Shown in pieces: positions 60,913-64,000 of a stretch of 64,000 nt of DNA (positions are counted from its first letter, which is position 1; the number at the start of each line of letters is the position of its first letter). The stretch is from the NCBI RefSeq assembly GCF_964237335.1, contig NZ_CAXSHM010000007.1:8923-72922 (forward strand), written 5' to 3'. This stretch comes from an uncultured Sphingomonas sp. (GTDB lineage: Bacteria; Pseudomonadota; Alphaproteobacteria; Sphingomonadales; Sphingomonadaceae). A program made the translations under genes and the position numbers. Below the pieces are notes generated by a model. The model was not told the origin of the DNA and did not search any database. It saw only the letters and a program-made list of their open reading frames with translations.

Positions 60913-63006
60913 ATGAAGAGGTCTCGTTATCCTGTCTTGATGTCCACGGTCGCGCTCGCGGCCGGGCTCGTCGCCACAGGCGCGGTCTGGGCGGGGGAAA
61001 CCGCCAAGAGCAGCGCGCATACCGTGGCCAAGGCCGCCGTCGGTCCTGTCGCGCCGCGTGGGCAGGGCAGGCCGCAGCTCGGCGATTTCGGCGTCGACCT
61101 CGCGGGCATGGACAAGGCCGTCGCGCCCGGCGACGATTTCTACGATTACGTCAACGGCACCTGGGCGAAGACGACGTCGATCCCGTCCGACAAGTCGAGC
61201 TATGGCTCGTTCGACGTTCTCGCCGACCTGTCGGAGACGCGCACGCACGACATCCTCGAGAAGCAGAAGGCGGACCCGTCGAGCAAGATCGGCATCGCCT
61301 ATGCCACCTATTCCGACACGGCGACGATCGAGGGCAAGGGCCTGGCGCCGATCAAGCCGTGGCTCGACCAGGTGAAGGCCGTGTCCGACAAGGCGGGCTA
61401 TGCGCGCATCGCCGCGGAGGCGACCAGGGACGGCATCGCGACACCGTTCCGCGTCGGCGTCGGCCAGGATGCCAAGGACCCCGAAACCTATATCGTCCGC
61501 ATGGGACAGTCCGGCCTCGGCATGCCCGACCGCGACTATTATCTGAAGGCCGACCCCAAGCTCGCCGACACCAAGGCGAAATACCAGGCGCACCTCGCGC
61601 GCATGCTGACGCTCGCCGGCGAGCCGGATGCGGATGCACGCGCGAAGGCGATCGTCGATTTCGAGACGCAGATCGCGCAGGTAAGCTGGACGCGGGTCGA
61701 CAGCCGCGACGCGGACAAGACGTACAACAAGATGCCGGTCGCCGAGCTCGTGCAAAGTGCTCCGGGCTTCGACTTCCCCGCCTATCTTCAGGCGGTGGGC
61801 ACGCCCGTCCAGACCGTGATCGTCGCCCAGCCGACCGCCGTCACCGGCATCGCCAAGCTGATCGCCACGACCCCGATCGGCGTCCTTCGCGACCAGTTGA
61901 TGGTGCGCAGCCTGGAGAGCTATTCGGACGTGCTGCCGTCCGCGTTCGACAAGGAGACGTTCGCGTTCCGCGGCACCGTCCTGTCGGGTACGCCGGAGCA
62001 GGAGGTGCGGTGGAAGCGCGCCGTCGGCTTCACCAGCGGGGCGCTGTCGGACGACGTTAGCCAGATCTACGTCAGGCAGTATTTCCCGCCGGCGACCAAG
62101 GCGGCGATGGATCAACTCGTGAAGAACATCATCGCCGCGATGAACGTCCGGATCGAGCATCTGACGTGGATGACGCCCGAGACGAAAGTGAAGGCGCACA
62201 CGAAGCTGGCGGCGTTCAGGCCCAAGATCGGCTATCCGACCCAATGGCATGATTACTCCGCGCTGACGATCACGCCCGGCGACGCCTATGGCAACAAGCT
62301 GCGCGCCGCCCGCTGGCAGCATGATGACGAGATCGGCCATCTCGGCAAGCCGCTCCAGCGCTGGGAGTGGGGCATGACGCCGATGACGGTCAACGCCTAT
62401 GCCAATCCGACGATGGTCGAGATCGTGTTCCCGGCCGCGATCCTCCAGCCGCCGTTCTTCGATCCCAACGCCGATCCGGCGGTGAATTACGGCGGCATCG
62501 GCGCCGTGATCGGCCACGAGATGAGCCATCATTTCGACGATCAGGGCGCCAAGTTCGACGATCATGGCCGGCTGGCGAAATGGTGGACCGACGCCGATGT
62601 CGAGCATTTCAATGCGCTCGAAGCGAAGCTGGTCGCGGAGTACGACCAATATGAGCCGATCCCCGGGCTTCACGTCCAGGGCAAGCTGACGCTGGGCGAG
62701 AACTCGGCCGATCTGGCCGGGCTTTCCTGCGCCTACGATGCGTATCACCGATCGCTCAACGGCAAGCCGGCGCCGGTGATCGGCGGGCTGACCGGCGACC
62801 AGCGCTTCTACATGGGCTGGGCGCAGGTGTGGCGGCGCAACTATCGCGACGCGAACCTGCGTCAGCGGTTGTTGACCGATCCGCACTCGCCGGACACGTA
62901 TCGCGCCAACATCGTCCGCAACATGGACCCATGGTACGCGGCGTTCAAACCCGCCGACGGCACGAAACTGTATCTGTCGTCCGACCAGCGCGTCCGCGTC
63001 TGGTAG
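60913..63006 (+). CDS. M13 family metallopeptidase (PepO/endothelin-converting-enzyme-like)
   Basis: 697 aa. Signal peptide MKRSRYPVLMSTVALAAGLVATGAVWA, VIGHEMSHHFDD zinc motif, and GENSADLAG. AAGGGGAG RBS. Confidence 0.9.
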   Translation: MKRSRYPVLMSTVALAAGLVATGAVWAGETAKSSAHTVAKAAVGPVAPRGQGRPQLGDFGVDLAGMDKAVAPGDDFYDYVNGTWAKTTSIPSDKSSYGSFDVLADLSETRTHDILEKQKADPSSKIGIAYATYSDTATIEGKGLAPIKPWLDQVKAVSDKAGYARIAAEATRDGIATPFRVGVGQDAKDPETYIVRMGQSGLGMPDRDYYLKADPKLADTKAKYQAHLARMLTLAGEPDADARAKAIVDFETQIAQVSWTRVDSRDADKTYNKMPVAELVQSAPGFDFPAYLQAVGTPVQTVIVAQPTAVTGIAKLIATTPIGVLRDQLMVRSLESYSDVLPSAFDKETFAFRGTVLSGTPEQEVRWKRAVGFTSGALSDDVSQIYVRQYFPPATKAAMDQLVKNIIAAMNVRIEHLTWMTPETKVKAHTKLAAFRPKIGYPTQWHDYSALTITPGDAYGNKLRAARWQHDDEIGHLGKPLQRWEWGMTPMTVNAYANPTMVEIVFPAAILQPPFFDPNADPAVNYGGIGAVIGHEMSHHFDDQGAKFDDHGRLAKWWTDADVEHFNALEAKLVAEYDQYEPIPGLHVQGKLTLGENSADLAGLSCAYDAYHRSLNGKPAPVIGGLTGDQRFYMGWAQVWRRNYRDANLRQRLLTDPHSPDTYRANIVRNMDPWYAAFKPADGTKLYLSSDQRVRVW

Positions 63007-63017
63007 GATGGCGTGAC

Positions 63018-63057
63018 GGGCTCGGCCGCGCCGCTTGACGCAGGCGCGGTCGAGCCC
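63018..63057 (+). terminator. long GC hairpin after the M13 peptidase gene (putative terminator)
   Basis: gggctcg-g-ccgcgcc-gcttgacgca-ggcgcgg-t-cgagccc, 12 nt after the stop. No T-tract. Confidence 0.35.
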
Positions 63058-63068
63058 GACTAACGCGC

Positions 63069-64000
63069 GTGGCGACGCTTCCCTCCTCCGTCCTGACCCG
63101 ATCCTCGGTACGTGAAGCGCTGCTGATCGCCGTCGGGGCGGGCGTGATCGCGGCGGCGCTGGTGTTCGCGCTGACCCGCGACCTGGCGGTGGCGGTGGGG
63201 TTCGTGGGCGCGGCGCTGCTGATCGGCGGCGGTGTCGTCGCCTGGCGGCGGCTGGCGCCCTCTGCCGCCGAGGAAGAGCTACCGGTCGACTGGAACGTCG
63301 TGCGCGCGGTGGCGGACCTAGATGCCGATGCGCTCGCCGTGACCGATCGCGCCGGCCGGCTGGTGTGCGCCAACGATCGCTATGGCGAGCTGTTCGCCGG
63401 CCTGCCGACCCCGCCGGGGTTGCCGCTCGACGACCGCGGGATCGCCGCGCTCGGGCAGGCCGGACGCGCGGCCTGGCGCGACGGGCACGGCGCGGCGAGC
63501 GGCCTGGCCCTGTCCGGCGGCGCGCTCGGCGTCGAGGTGCTGCGCGCAGGTGCGCAGGACGACGTGCTCGTGTGGCGGTTCTCCCTCGCCAGTAGCCCTA
63601 ATCCGGTGGCCGAGCTGTCGGCGGCGCTCGCCGGGGCGCAGGGAGATCGGCTGGGCGCGGCCGGGATCATGGCCGCGGTGGCGACGCCCGACGGGCGGCT
63701 GATCGCGGCGAACCGCGTGTTGGCGGCGCGGGCGGGGATCGCGGGCCCGGCGGCAGGCGCGGACCTCGCCGAGCTGCTGCACACCGACGAGCGCGGGCAG
63801 TTGCGCTTCGTCGCTGAACGCTCGGGCAACCCGCTGCGGCTGATCCAGGTGCCGTTCGCCGACGCGGGCGACGCGGGCGAGGGCCAGGACAGTACGCCGG
63901 TGCTGCTGGCGCTGCTGGACGAGGAGGAGGCGCCCGGCCAGCCGTCCAGCGCCGCCGGGCTCGCCCGCTCGCTCGTCGCGATGATGCCGGTCGGCATCGC
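63069..64000 (+). CDS. sensor histidine kinase, N-terminal part (two TM segments plus PAS-like regions; possibly CckA-like), partial at window end
   Basis: The frame is open from GTG 63069 to the window end with very high GC3, so it is absent from the stop-bounded ORF track. Hydrophobic segments ALLIAVGAGVIAAALVFAL and VGFVGAALLIGGGVV are followed by ...ALAVTDRAGRLVCANDRYGELFAG, a PAS-like segment. Confidence 0.5.
   Translation, partial: MATLPSSVLTRSSVREALLIAVGAGVIAAALVFALTRDLAVAVGFVGAALLIGGGVVAWRRLAPSAAEEELPVDWNVVRAVADLDADALAVTDRAGRLVCANDRYGELFAGLPTPPGLPLDDRGIAALGQAGRAAWRDGHGAASGLALSGGALGVEVLRAGAQDDVLVWRFSLASSPNPVAELSAALAGAQGDRLGAAGIMAAVATPDGRLIAANRVLAARAGIAGPAAGADLAELLHTDERGQLRFVAERSGNPLRLIQVPFADAGDAGEGQDSTPVLLALLDEEEAPGQPSSAAGLARSLVAMMPVGI

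Overview
GC-rich (about two-thirds G+C by eye), gene-dense chromosomal core segment of an alphaproteobacterium, probably Sphingomonadaceae. Two clues support this: an alpha-type GTTC-N7-GTTC SOS box upstream of recA, and a bamA-skp-fabZ cluster with no lpxD/lpxA/lpxB. I count about 68 protein genes and 2 tRNAs (Arg-ACG, Ala-CGC). I found no rRNA, CRISPR, transposase, integrase, cas or recognisable defence genes. Housekeeping blocks: two HAD phosphatases; radical SAM; moaB; slt; ETF-QO; ispE; recA; alaS; icd; psd-pssA; rpsB-tsf-pyrH-frr-uppS-cdsA-dxr-rseP-bamA-skp-fabZ; valS; hemB; aroQ-accB-accC; fused thiS-thiG; scoA/scoB; DUF3089-ruvX-DUF488; gatC-gatA; greB; a second slt; dapA; smpB; an M13 peptidase; and the start of a PAS sensor kinase. 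Unusual content: (1) a two-gene cassette between dapA and smpB whose first ORF looks like a truncated ribosomal L7/L12 N-terminal-domain paralog, translationally coupled to a coiled-coil protein. This is my best candidate for something undescribed. (2) At least 13 copies of about 80-90 bp palindromic MITE/REP-like elements in about 5 families, two of them inserted in frame inside valS. (3) Three decayed genes: ETF-QO with an in-frame TAG, a frameshifted low-GC YbjN-like gene, and a glutamine amidotransferase remnant. (4) An Ivy-like CxxHxCG protein, and an acid phosphatase gene splitting scoA from scoB. All product calls rest on my recognition of translated motifs, since no database search was possible. 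Start codons are often uncertain because GTG/TTG starts and long GC-rich N-terminal ORF extensions are common here.
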